This document shows positions 28,126 to 37,197 of a stretch of 64,000 nucleotides of DNA, piece by piece. How positions within the stretch are numbered: the first letter of the stretch is position 1; every line of letters begins with the position of its first letter. Position numbers and translations under genes: made by a program. Under the pieces are notes generated by a model that did no database searches, was not told where the DNA came from, and was given only the letters and a program-made list of their open reading frames with translations. Source of the DNA: Candidatus Altimarinota bacterium (lineage in GTDB: Bacteria > Patescibacteriota > Gracilibacteria > UBA1369 > JBGAUX01); contig JBGAUX010000002.1 of the NCBI GenBank assembly GCA_044228405.1, positions 1,805 through 65,804 on the forward strand, read 5' to 3'.

Positions 28126-31100
28126 TTATTCCGCTTGAACATCTCTAGTTAACAATAGTTCAAAAGCAGACTTAGCTCCGTATTTAACAATCAAATCATG
28201 AATCGAACTAATTTGTGAAGCATCAAAATCATCTACTCCATTATACAAATTCAATTGAATACTATCATCTCCTTGGCTCTCTAAGCCATCAAAACGTTCA
28301 TTTGCTTTCATTATTAACTCTCTAAAATCAGGCATTCTTTCTCTAATTAATCCAATATGGTTAAAAGGTACCCCTTCTTGTGTTATGCTTACATCTTTGG
28401 CCTCACATAAAGCAAGATGTCTAGACACCAAAGCCAAAACTAATAATTTATTATCAACATCTAATTTCTTAGCTAAAAAAAGAAGTTGATCTAAAACGTC
28501 ATATGTTTCTCTTAGTTCCTTTTCAGCATCAGCATGTTCCATTCCAACTGCCTGAAACAATTTTGATTCAACATAATTATAATACCCATAAATCCGAGTA
28601 CTATCCTGCCCTTCAGGTCTTTGTATACGAGCAATTTCTGTAGCAAAAGCTAGTAATTCAGAAAATACATCTTCTGGCATATCAGCTCTAGATAAATTTG
28701 CCGATGCCCCACAATACATATTAATCATGCTAGTTTCCGCGTCACTTGCTGAAACATTTGCCATATATTGAACAGCTATACTAATAAAATAAGCCTGTTG
28801 TGGACGAGGCAAATTTAAAAATGCTCCAGCAGTAAACCTAGCTGTAGCTGCACGAGCTTCAACAGCATAATCACCACTCAAAGATCTTCGTTGTCTAGCA
28901 ATCAACAAAGTAGTATTACATAACTCAATAATTCTAAACATATCGGCTTTTAATTGGTCATCAACTTGAATTTGCTGTGCAATAATAACTTCGTCAAAAT
29001 CCACACACTGCCTCCACCTTTGATGAATTAAAGCGGCTAATGTTTGAGAAACCTTAGCAATCATTATGTCTATTTTTTCTGAAGGCTGTGCTCGCTTTAA
29101 ACTTGCTAAAAAGCCTTCAGATGCACCAATTAACTCTTTGAATCTCACGTCAATTTGATGTTTTTTATCTACTTCTGAAGTTTCATCATCTATTTTTTGA
29201 ATCTCCATAACAACACTCTTGTACTGATGTTCAAGTTCACTATGTCCAATCATTAATTTTGCTCTTTCTCCAGCCTCCACAGCATCAACTCCCATATCAT
29301 CTGCAAATTTTCTTTCCACAAACATTGTCATACCTCTAATTACATTAGCCCAATTTTTAATTGCCTCCTTCATGCCATCTTGATTTCTATGCAATTCTTT
29401 TTCAATAAATTCTTGTCTATATAGTTCCAATTGAACCTCAACAAATTCAAACCGCATTGCCAACGGCAAGTGGTCTATCAATTGTTTTCGAGCAAGTGAC
29501 AATAAATGTTCTTTTCCTTTTTCCTTATCGTGGCTAAATAGATATGCCTTTGCTAAATAGAATCCTGCCTTAGCCTGATTATTTGTGTCGCCTTCATATT
29601 CAGCATAAGCATATTCAGCACATTCAATAACTTTTGCATAATCATGTTCATTAGTAGCCTCGTCTGCAGCGTTTAAAGCCCATTCTTTAGCAAGATTTTT
29701 ATCACCCAATCCTTTTGCTAAATCAAAAATCATCACTGCCTTAACATGTTGAGCCAAAGCCGGGTTTGCCTTTGCCATAATCAAGGCATCTAAAGCCGCC
29801 TTTCTCAGTTGAATATTAAGGGGGCTCCTTTGAAACGTTTCTGCCTCCATATCTTTTTGAAGCTCTCTAGCCCACAAATTATGCATACTCATATTTGTAT
29901 CAGCACTCAATATAGCTTCATCAAAACTAGGCCGATCAACTCTCATACGCATTTTATCTAATTGATCAGCAAATCTCCCATCGTCTCCAGGAAATAACTG
30001 TGAATTCAAAAAGCCAGCAACTTGTGGATCTTCAAGTACCCTGTAATCCACCCCGCTTAAAATATCAGCAAAATAAAGTAGCGTAATTTTAGGAATATCA
30101 TTCTTAGCACGGCTCAATTGGCTTGTATATATGCTTTCTGGTCCTCTTGGTAATTCACCTCTTTCAATAGCCTGCTTTGCTTGCGCAAATCTAGGACACC
30201 CAATAACACCCGTTTTTCCATTTAAAGTTAAATAATTCTTAGCAAGCAAGCTATCAACGATTATTCTCAATGTGTGAGCAGGTACCTTTGTTGCAGTATC
30301 ATGTACAGCTCCACCTTCACTCGACATCATTGCACACAATTCACCAATTTGAGTTAATATAGCTGTACTAATTCTGGCACCATTAGGCACATTGGGAGCA
30401 AAACAACGTTTCAACAAAAATTCCTCCAACCAATCAGCATATTCGCCTTCACTATTACGCAAAACAAATTCTGCAACTTCAATTTTTTCGCCCAAAAGAT
30501 CTTTCATTGCATCCACATACACTCTACTAACTTCTGACACCGCATGATCTTGACCAGATCTCACTGTACCAAAAATACTAATTCTCTTTAAGACTTCTTT
30601 ATTTAGCTTTAAAGATTCCATTAAGCCTTGCAAAACAGCCTGCATTTTTAAACCTGCAGCATCAAAATCATCCAACACCAAAATAAATTTGCCTTTTTTA
30701 CTCTCAAGAGAAGCACTTAAAATTTTGAAAGCATCTGTAAGTGCAGCAATCATTTCAGCCTCATTATAAACATAATTAGGGTCTCTTCTTCCATTTAAAT
30801 ATCTATTTAAAAGTTGAACACTAGCACCTTGTAATCCATTAGGAACATCAGCTCCAATGGCATTAACAAGCCCTTGAGCCAAATCCCTCAAAGCATCCAA
30901 GTTATCTTTATTTTTAAACGCTAAAACAATTCTATCTGTAGGGGATATATCTTCTTGAGTAGCGGCAACACGCAATACAACTGCTGTTTTACCAGCACCT
31001 GTAGGTCCTTGAAAATAACCTGTACTTAAACTGTCCTCAGAAGCCTGAAGCGCTGCCTCCAAAGCAGCCAATTCAGCTTTTCTGCCCACAAATTCAAATA

Positions 31101-32700
31101 CTTGACCAGCTTCCACTCTATCTCTAATCAAAGTTAGTTTTTGTACTGTAAACAAGCCTTCCCCTGCCGGTTGCGTCTCCATTTTAACAAATCTAGCACG
31201 CTTATCTCCTCCACTAAATTCATTAATCCTTTCATCCACATACATTTTCCCATCAAACCTCAAAGGTCCCATTTTTTCCGCTTCACGTGTCCAACTCGTA
31301 GTCACAAATGACGCAGCATTAGTTATCGAAACTTCTGCTTCAGCTTGAAACATACGAGCATCAAAATTAACTCGAGGATTATCTTTATGCTTCGCTCTCA
31401 ACATTGCAGTCATACTTCCAAGAACCAAAGATACATCTTCTGGTCTTTCTAAGGCAGTAGGATCTTGTAGATTAGTTATAGCTGTAAAAGTCCTCCCATT
31501 AATCAAGGGAATACAAGAATTCATCTCTGCAAAACGAATAAAATCAGCAATGATATTTTGCCACATTACCATATCGTTAGCATCAGTACCAAATTCAGGC
31601 GACAATGTTATAGAAGCCACAAAAGCCCTTCCAGAAGGAGCCGTATTAAGGTTCATAACATCTAAATTTCTAGAAACACCCTGTCGTTCTTTTGACAAGT
31701 CTATCAATGGCCTCTTATAAGAATATAGCGCAGTCATTTGCGGACGAAACTCTGAACCATGTTTTCTATCAACTGTGGTTTGATCATCACTATTTAGCGT
31801 ATTAACAAAACTCATAGCAGGACCATATAAGCTTACGCCAGCAGAATGCTCCATTGCATAAACACCATCTTCAACACAAATGTCGTGAACATTTTTCATT
31901 TTTTTAGCAAGAGTACTACGCTCACTCAAATCTGCAGCCATAACGAAAAGTGCTGCAACCGAGTCAGTTCCATCTATTTTTGTATGCCCCAAAAAACTTG
32001 CATACTCAGGCATACCTTCTACCTGCTGTCGTGGATTATCTAATTTAACGGCCACAACACACAAACCAGCTTGTGCCAAAGAAATAGGCTCGCTAGCAGT
32101 TTTATCAAAAAGTTTTGGGAAACCTTCAACTAATTTTTGTCCCGGGTAATTTTCCTTTTTAGTACCCATCAAAATATTTGCAGATGCCGAAACCGTATCA
32201 CGCACTGGCGCCACCCTTTCACTTGGTTGTCCAGGTGGAGTTGTCCTGCCAGCTCTACCTGCGGGCCTTTTAGTTACACGTCTAACACCGTCTCTTACAA
32301 CAGAAGTTGGTTCATAAAAAGTCTGTTGAGTGGATGTATGTATAGGCGCTCTAGTAGAAGCTTCTGTGGTTAAAGATTGGTTAGATGGTAGCATTTGTCC
32401 AATAGCCTCTATAGACAAAGCATTCACGTCAGCTTTATCTACAGCCATGTTTCCGTAAATATCAAAGGTGTAAACATCACCTCCTAAAACTGTAATCTTT
32501 GTGGTACCAGTCCTAGCAAAATGTTCTGTACTCTGCACAACCGGTAATCCACCAGGAATTCTATCATACATCGAAGTTAACCTGTCTGAAGAAACCGCAT
32601 CTTTACTACCCGGAAGTTTTCTTGCATCAGCAGCATATTGCTTGGCTAATTGATCTGCAGTCCAATTATTTGAAAGATCCACACCAGCATGCTTAACCAT
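28126..32700 (-). CDS. Giant STAND/AAA_16-type P-loop NTPase (1524 aa) with unknown N-terminal ~530-aa region and helical/TPR-like C-terminal region
   Basis: FVGRKAELAALEAAL at residues 537-551; Walker A GPTGAGKT at residues 565-572 (nt 30985-31008); Walker B FILVLDDFD at residues 672-680; C-terminal TPR-like segments such as AKAGFYLAKAYLFSHDKEKGKEHL. Confidence 0.85.
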   Translation of the reverse strand: MVKHAGVDLSNNWTADQLAKQYAADARKLPGSKDAVSSDRLTSMYDRIPGGLPVVQSTEHFARTGTTKITVLGGDVYTFDIYGNMAVDKADVNALSIEAIGQMLPSNQSLTTEASTRAPIHTSTQQTFYEPTSVVRDGVRRVTKRPAGRAGRTTPPGQPSERVAPVRDTVSASANILMGTKKENYPGQKLVEGFPKLFDKTASEPISLAQAGLCVVAVKLDNPRQQVEGMPEYASFLGHTKIDGTDSVAALFVMAADLSERSTLAKKMKNVHDICVEDGVYAMEHSAGVSLYGPAMSFVNTLNSDDQTTVDRKHGSEFRPQMTALYSYKRPLIDLSKERQGVSRNLDVMNLNTAPSGRAFVASITLSPEFGTDANDMVMWQNIIADFIRFAEMNSCIPLINGRTFTAITNLQDPTALERPEDVSLVLGSMTAMLRAKHKDNPRVNFDARMFQAEAEVSITNAASFVTTSWTREAEKMGPLRFDGKMYVDERINEFSGGDKRARFVKMETQPAGEGLFTVQKLTLIRDRVEAGQVFEFVGRKAELAALEAALQASEDSLSTGYFQGPTGAGKTAVVLRVAATQEDISPTDRIVLAFKNKDNLDALRDLAQGLVNAIGADVPNGLQGASVQLLNRYLNGRRDPNYVYNEAEMIAALTDAFKILSASLESKKGKFILVLDDFDAAGLKMQAVLQGLMESLKLNKEVLKRISIFGTVRSGQDHAVSEVSRVYVDAMKDLLGEKIEVAEFVLRNSEGEYADWLEEFLLKRCFAPNVPNGARISTAILTQIGELCAMMSSEGGAVHDTATKVPAHTLRIIVDSLLAKNYLTLNGKTGVIGCPRFAQAKQAIERGELPRGPESIYTSQLSRAKNDIPKITLLYFADILSGVDYRVLEDPQVAGFLNSQLFPGDDGRFADQLDKMRMRVDRPSFDEAILSADTNMSMHNLWARELQKDMEAETFQRSPLNIQLRKAALDALIMAKANPALAQHVKAVMIFDLAKGLGDKNLAKEWALNAADEATNEHDYAKVIECAEYAYAEYEGDTNNQAKAGFYLAKAYLFSHDKEKGKEHLLSLARKQLIDHLPLAMRFEFVEVQLELYRQEFIEKELHRNQDGMKEAIKNWANVIRGMTMFVERKFADDMGVDAVEAGERAKLMIGHSELEHQYKSVVMEIQKIDDETSEVDKKHQIDVRFKELIGASEGFLASLKRAQPSEKIDIMIAKVSQTLAALIHQRWRQCVDFDEVIIAQQIQVDDQLKADMFRIIELCNTTLLIARQRRSLSGDYAVEARAATARFTAGAFLNLPRPQQAYFISIAVQYMANVSASDAETSMINMYCGASANLSRADMPEDVFSELLAFATEIARIQRPEGQDSTRIYGYYNYVESKLFQAVGMEHADAEKELRETYDVLDQLLFLAKKLDVDNKLLVLALVSRHLALCEAKDVSITQEGVPFNHIGLIRERMPDFRELIMKANERFDGLESQGDDSIQLNLYNGVDDFDASQISSIHDLIVKYGAKSAFELLLTRDVQAE

Positions 32701-32729
32701 ATAACAGTTTTGTAAACTTTTAAGACAGT

Positions 32730-32758
32730 AAACTACAACACTAAACTAAATCAGTCAA
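32730..32758 (-). promoter_or_regulatory. Promoter candidate for the STAND NTPase gene (TTGACT-N17-TAGTTT, minus strand)
   Basis: Reverse complement: TTGACT at 32758-32753, 17-nt spacer, TAGTTT at 32735-32730. Confidence 0.35.
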
Positions 32759-32794
32759 GTTTTTTACTTGTTCGAAATCAGTATACACAAAGGC

Positions 32795-32836
32795 AAATAA
32801 AAAGAGGAGGGGGAGCTTTCAGCTCCCCTCCTCTTT
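32795..32836 (-). terminator. Strong rho-independent terminator downstream of the secreted FN3-like gene
   Basis: ~16-bp stem (32801-32817 pairs with 32821-36, one bulged G); on the minus strand it is followed by CTTTTTATTT. Confidence 0.8.
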
Positions 32837-32863
32837 AACACTTTTCTTTAAAACCATAAAACC

Positions 32864-33637
32864 TTAGTATGTTGTTCCTGTAGTAACCACTAAAGCGCCT
32901 GAAGACCCTTTATTGATCATCTTTTGGCCTGTGCTCACCTCAACATATGGCATCATTACCACTGTGTATGTTGTGTTCTCTTTCATCTTTTTCATTTGGT
33001 ACGAAGTAGCATATTTACTCAAGTAAAAAGGCTTTCCGTAAGTCGCTTCATTTGCAGAAACCTTGCCTTCGGCCACAAAAACAGCATATCCGCTAAAAGT
33101 TGCACCTGTAAATTTATTCCATCTCAATCTTGGTAAACCATTGCTCCATCCAGTAACAGAAAGACTAATAGGATTAATTACCGGCTCTGCAACTTGACTA
33201 ACTTTAATACTGGTTTTAGTTCCCGGTTGAATATATTTTCGTGCACCACCTTCAAGCTCAATATAAGGATACACTTGAACACTTACAGTTCCACCATTCT
33301 TCAAATTCTTTGGATAGGTGTAACACTTGGAAGATCTAGGCAAAGTTTTAGGGGTGTAATTTGTTAATCCACCAACAAAGTTTCCTTCTGTAACAAAAAG
33401 ATCGTAGCCTTCAAAGAAGTTATTTGGTGTATTCCAACAAAAACCTGCCCAACCATCTAGTTGATAGGCATTTACTTTAAAGCTGGCATCCCAAAAATCA
33501 TCGTTACTAAAATATTGACCATTAGCACCATGATACCAATCACCACCGGCCATAGCTAGAGGAGAAGCCACAAGTAACATCATCACAGACATACTTGCAA
33601 CTAGGATCTTTTTAAACAAAGGTTTTTGTACTGACAT
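32864..33637 (-). CDS. Secreted protein with two tandem FN3/Ig-like beta-sandwich repeats
   Basis: 257 aa; signal peptide MSVQKPLFKKILVASMSVMMLLVASPLAMA; internal duplication (...GWAGFCWNTP...GYDLFVTEG...VSVQVYPYIELEGG... versus ...GLPRLRWNKF...GYAVFVAEG...YTVVMMPYVEVSTG...). Confidence 0.75.
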   Translation of the reverse strand: MSVQKPLFKKILVASMSVMMLLVASPLAMAGGDWYHGANGQYFSNDDFWDASFKVNAYQLDGWAGFCWNTPNNFFEGYDLFVTEGNFVGGLTNYTPKTLPRSSKCYTYPKNLKNGGTVSVQVYPYIELEGGARKYIQPGTKTSIKVSQVAEPVINPISLSVTGWSNGLPRLRWNKFTGATFSGYAVFVAEGKVSANEATYGKPFYLSKYATSYQMKKMKENTTYTVVMMPYVEVSTGQKMINKGSSGALVVTTGTTY

Positions 33638-33717
33638 AAAAAATGGGTTAAAAATACAAAAAAAATGTTGACATACATATCAACGCCAAGTTTTGTCAAA
33701 TATTACAAAAAACTTAA

Positions 33718-34995
33718 TTAAGCGCGGAAAATTGGCTTACCTCCAACAAAAGTTATTATTGGCCAACCTTGTAATTTCCAGCCTTCAAACGGAGACCACT
33801 TACATTTTGTATATAAATCGGCATTATTTACGGTCCTTATTTTTTGACTATCCAACACCACTAAATCGGCATCGTAGCCCTCTTTTATGGCACCTTTGGT
33901 GGTTAAACCAAAAATTTGGGCAGGCCGAGAAGATGTTAAATAAACCAGTTTCTCTAGCGACAAATTGCCTTTATTAACCTCGTTCATTAATAGCGGCAAC
34001 ATAGTTTCGAGGCCCGGCACTCCCGAAGGCACATGATCATAATCTTGCGTTTTTTCCGCTAAGGTGTGCGGTGCATGGTCTGTCGCCACAATATCTATTA
34101 AACCCTCAGCAATAGCTTTCCACAAAGTTTCCACATCTTCTTTTGCTCTAATTGGTGGATTAACCTTAATTTTATTACCTAGCGTAAAATAGCTACTGGT
34201 ATCCAAAAAAAGGTGATGAGGTGTTGCCTCGCAAGTGATTTTTTCCGATTTATATTTGGCAATCACTTCCAATTCTTTTTTTGAAGTAACATGGGCAATA
34301 TGTAAACGCGCATCGTGTTTTTCGGCAAGCTCACAAGCCTTTTTTACAGCCAAATAAGCACACTCAACACTTCTTATTTTTGAATGAATAGGCGCATCAT
34401 GCTCATCTTCGCTAAAAGATTGTTGATTTTTATGCAAACAACCAGAGTCTTCGGCATGCACAACAATAACTTTGTCGCCCGATCTTGCTAAAACATAATC
34501 CAAAAAGTCGTAATCGGCTTCGTGGCCTCCGGTAGAGGCACCCAAGTATATTTTAATCCCTACAATCTCATTCATTTGCAAAATATTATCAATGGTTTCT
34601 GGCACGCCCAAAGCGTACAAACCAACATTTACAACAGCTTTTTGATTAGCCAAAGCCTGTTTTTCCCTTACCAGTTGCGGTGTAGTTGTAGCTGGAATAG
34701 TATTTGGCATTTCTAAAACTGTGGTGACGCCGCCTGCGGCGGCGGCCATAGTACCGCTTGCAAAATCTTCTTTATCTTCCAAACCCGGTTCCCTTAAATG
34801 CACATGAGCATCTATTAAGCCCGGCAAAATTTGCATACCAGTTAAATCAATTTCTCCACCCTCAATCCCACTCAACTCAATCTTTTCTGCCAGCCTAAAA
34901 ATTTTGCCGTCCTTTATGTGAATATCCATTTTTTTAAGACCGCTCGGCAAAAAAACTAGTCCATTTCTTAGTACTGTTTGCTCTGTTTTGTCCAT
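33718..34995 (-). CDS. pyrC: Dihydroorotase
   Basis: 425 aa; ...LPGLIDAHVHLREPG...; ...IVATDHAPH...; adjacent to pyrB. Confidence 0.92.
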   Translation of the reverse strand: MDKTEQTVLRNGLVFLPSGLKKMDIHIKDGKIFRLAEKIELSGIEGGEIDLTGMQILPGLIDAHVHLREPGLEDKEDFASGTMAAAAGGVTTVLEMPNTIPATTTPQLVREKQALANQKAVVNVGLYALGVPETIDNILQMNEIVGIKIYLGASTGGHEADYDFLDYVLARSGDKVIVVHAEDSGCLHKNQQSFSEDEHDAPIHSKIRSVECAYLAVKKACELAEKHDARLHIAHVTSKKELEVIAKYKSEKITCEATPHHLFLDTSSYFTLGNKIKVNPPIRAKEDVETLWKAIAEGLIDIVATDHAPHTLAEKTQDYDHVPSGVPGLETMLPLLMNEVNKGNLSLEKLVYLTSSRPAQIFGLTTKGAIKEGYDADLVVLDSQKIRTVNNADLYTKCKWSPFEGWKLQGWPIITFVGGKPIFRA

Positions 34996-34999
34996 AAAT

Positions 35000-35950
35000 C
35001 TAAAAAGTAATTTCAGTATCTTTTCCCATCAATAAAAGCAAAAGTGCCATTCGCACAATCACGCCATTATGCACTTGTTCAAAATATTTTGCTCTAGGAT
35101 CAGCATCCACATCTGCATGAATTTCATCAACTCTCGGCAAAGGGTGAAGCACAATCGCATCCTTTTTCGCCTGTTTCATCAATTCTGCATTCAAAATGTA
35201 AACACCCTTATATTTCAAATACTCATTTTTATCCTCAAATCGCTCCTCTTGCACACGAGTCATAGAAATAACATCCATTTCACCAATCACTTCTTCAAGA
35301 TTTTCCGTTTCCACCACTTCTCTACCGGCTTTTTTCAATTCCTCCACAATCTCGCGTGGCATTGCCAAATCTTTTGGCGCCACAAAAGTAAATCGCACAT
35401 CAAAATGTTTCAGCAAATCGCATTGCGAATGTGGCACTCTACCAAACTTTAAATCGCCCACCATACCAATATTCAAGCCATCAAACAGCTCTCCCTTATT
35501 TTTCCAAATTGTATATAAATCAAGTAAACCCTGTGTAGGATGCTCATTTGGACCATCACCCGCATTAATAACCGGCGTATCTGTACCATTTGCCAATTTT
35601 GCCACCGAATGAGGCTCAGGATGTCGCATCACCACTACATCCGCAAAAGTTCCAACCATTTTCCCCGTATCCTCCAAAGTCTCCTGTTTTTTATATGAAG
35701 AAAGGCTAATCATGTCTGGATTACTAATTACAGAGCCACCCAAACGCAACATTGCAGTTTCATGTGAAAAACGAGTTCTGGTAGAAGGTTCAAAAAAAAT
35801 CGTTGCCATTAATTTGCCATGCAACAAAGTATCAAGACGCACTCCCGACGCCATTGCTTTATCTAATTTGCTCGCCAGTTTTAAAATATTCAAAATATCC
35901 TCCTGAGAAAATTGGCCTGTAGAGAGTATATCTGCGCCTTTAAAATCCAT
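35000..35950 (-). CDS. pyrB: Aspartate carbamoyltransferase catalytic subunit
   Basis: 316 aa; ...FFEPSTRTRFSHE...; ...HPTQGLLD...; ...LHPLPR... Confidence 0.95.
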   Translation of the reverse strand: MDFKGADILSTGQFSQEDILNILKLASKLDKAMASGVRLDTLLHGKLMATIFFEPSTRTRFSHETAMLRLGGSVISNPDMISLSSYKKQETLEDTGKMVGTFADVVVMRHPEPHSVAKLANGTDTPVINAGDGPNEHPTQGLLDLYTIWKNKGELFDGLNIGMVGDLKFGRVPHSQCDLLKHFDVRFTFVAPKDLAMPREIVEELKKAGREVVETENLEEVIGEMDVISMTRVQEERFEDKNEYLKYKGVYILNAELMKQAKKDAIVLHPLPRVDEIHADVDADPRAKYFEQVHNGVIVRMALLLLLMGKDTEITF

Positions 35951-36003
35951 AGTTTGAGGTTAGTTCTTAAAGAAATCTACCGCAAAAGGCAATCTTTCAC
36001 AAT

Positions 36004-36034
36004 GGATTTGCTTCAATAAAAAGAGGATTTGCTT
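36004..36034. promoter_or_regulatory. 10-nt direct repeat GGATTTGCTT in two copies in the pyrB/carA divergent region
   Basis: Copies at 36004-36013 and 36025-36034 (21-nt period); the second overlaps the -35 of the carA promoter candidate. Confidence 0.3.
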
Positions 36035-36056
36035 TTTGAAAAGCCTAGGCTAAAAT
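36029..36056 (+). promoter_or_regulatory. Promoter candidate for carA (TTGCTT-N16-TAAAAT)
   Basis: TTGCTT 36029-36034, 16-nt spacer, TAAAAT 36051-36056. Confidence 0.4.
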
Positions 36057-36080
36057 ACACCAAATTAAACGCATCTCCTC

Positions 36081-37157
36081 ATGGTTGAAAAACAAAAGAT
36101 TAAATTAGTATTAGAAGACGGCAGCATATTTGAAGGCGAATCCTTTGGTGCGCACATTAGCACAAACGGAGAAACTGTTTTTAATACAGGGATGATGGGT
36201 TATCCAGAAGCCATAACCGACCCTTCGTATAGAGGGCAAATTTTAGTTTTCACTTATCCATTAGTAGGAAATTATGGCGTACCAAATCAAGAAAAAGATG
36301 CTGATGGACTGCATAAATTTTTTGAAAGCGACAACCTGCACATCAAAGCTTTAATTGTTAGCGAGTACTCAAAAGAATATAGCCACTGGAACGCCGAAAA
36401 AAGCCTAGGCCAATGGTTAAAAGAAAATAACATTCCTGGAATTTCTGGCATAGACACTCGAACTTTAACTCAAAAATTAAGAGAAAAAGGTGCGATGATG
36501 GGGAAAATTATTGCCAACAACAAAGATGTAGAATTTCACGACCCAAATAAAGACAACCTAGTTGCAGAAGTGAGCATTAAAGAGCCTGTAACCTACAAAA
36601 GAGGCAAAAAAACAATCATTTGCGTTGATTGCGGAGTAAAAAACAACAGCATTAGAAACATTTTAGATCGCGGCTACACCGTGCGCCGAGTACCTTGGAA
36701 CTACGATTTCATTAAAGCAGGCGAAAAATTCGACGGCGTTTACCTTTCAAACGGGCCGGGCGATCCAACAATTGTAAAAGAAACCATCGAAATTATTAAA
36801 AAATGTTTAGATTTAAATAAACCTGTATTTGGAATTTGCTTAGGCAACCAAGTAATGGCTTTAGCTGCAGGCGCAAAAACCTACAAACTAAAGTACGGTC
36901 ACCGTGGACAAAATCAACCCTGTATAGACCTTCAAGACGAGCGATGCTACATCACATCTCAAAATCACGGCTTTGCCGTCAACGAAAAAACCTTATCAAA
37001 AGACTGGGAAGTTTGGTTTAGAAACAGTAACGACAACACAGTTGAAGGCATTAGACACAAAAAGAAGCCTTTCTTTGCCGTTCAATTTCACCCTGAATCT
37101 TGCCCTGGCCCAAACGACACAGAAGACATTTTCGATAAATTTTTGGACCTGGTTTAA
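36081..37157 (+). CDS. carA: Carbamoyl-phosphate synthase small (glutaminase) subunit
   Basis: 358 aa; ...FNTGMMGYPEAITDPSYRGQILVFTYPLVGNYG...; GATase motif GICLGNQ; ...FAVQFHPE... Confidence 0.95.
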   Translation: MVEKQKIKLVLEDGSIFEGESFGAHISTNGETVFNTGMMGYPEAITDPSYRGQILVFTYPLVGNYGVPNQEKDADGLHKFFESDNLHIKALIVSEYSKEYSHWNAEKSLGQWLKENNIPGISGIDTRTLTQKLREKGAMMGKIIANNKDVEFHDPNKDNLVAEVSIKEPVTYKRGKKTIICVDCGVKNNSIRNILDRGYTVRRVPWNYDFIKAGEKFDGVYLSNGPGDPTIVKETIEIIKKCLDLNKPVFGICLGNQVMALAAGAKTYKLKYGHRGQNQPCIDLQDERCYITSQNHGFAVNEKTLSKDWEVWFRNSNDNTVEGIRHKKKPFFAVQFHPESCPGPNDTEDIFDKFLDLV

Positions 37158-37167
37158 AAATTTGGAC

Positions 37168-37197
37168 AAAAAAAAGCCCCTCCAATTAAGGAGAGGC
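37168..37197 (-). terminator. Rho-independent terminator oriented on the minus strand, abutting the carA stop
   Basis: Minus strand reads GCCTCTCC-TTAATT-GGAGGGGC followed by TTTTTTTT (plus-strand A-run at 37168-37175); there is no T-run on the plus strand. Confidence 0.7.

Noticed and set aside
31111-32088. Degenerate class III nucleotidyl cyclase domain upstream of the FVGR/P-loop in the 1524-aa protein (segments such as VAALFVMAADLSERSTL and DGVYAMEHSAGVSLYG vaguely recall cyclase motifs; cyclase-AAA_16-TPR proteins exist in actinobacteria)
   Set aside because: The metal-binding Asp pair and the substrate-specifying residues are not identifiable by eye. The similarity is anecdotal, so the N-terminal region is reported as unknown.
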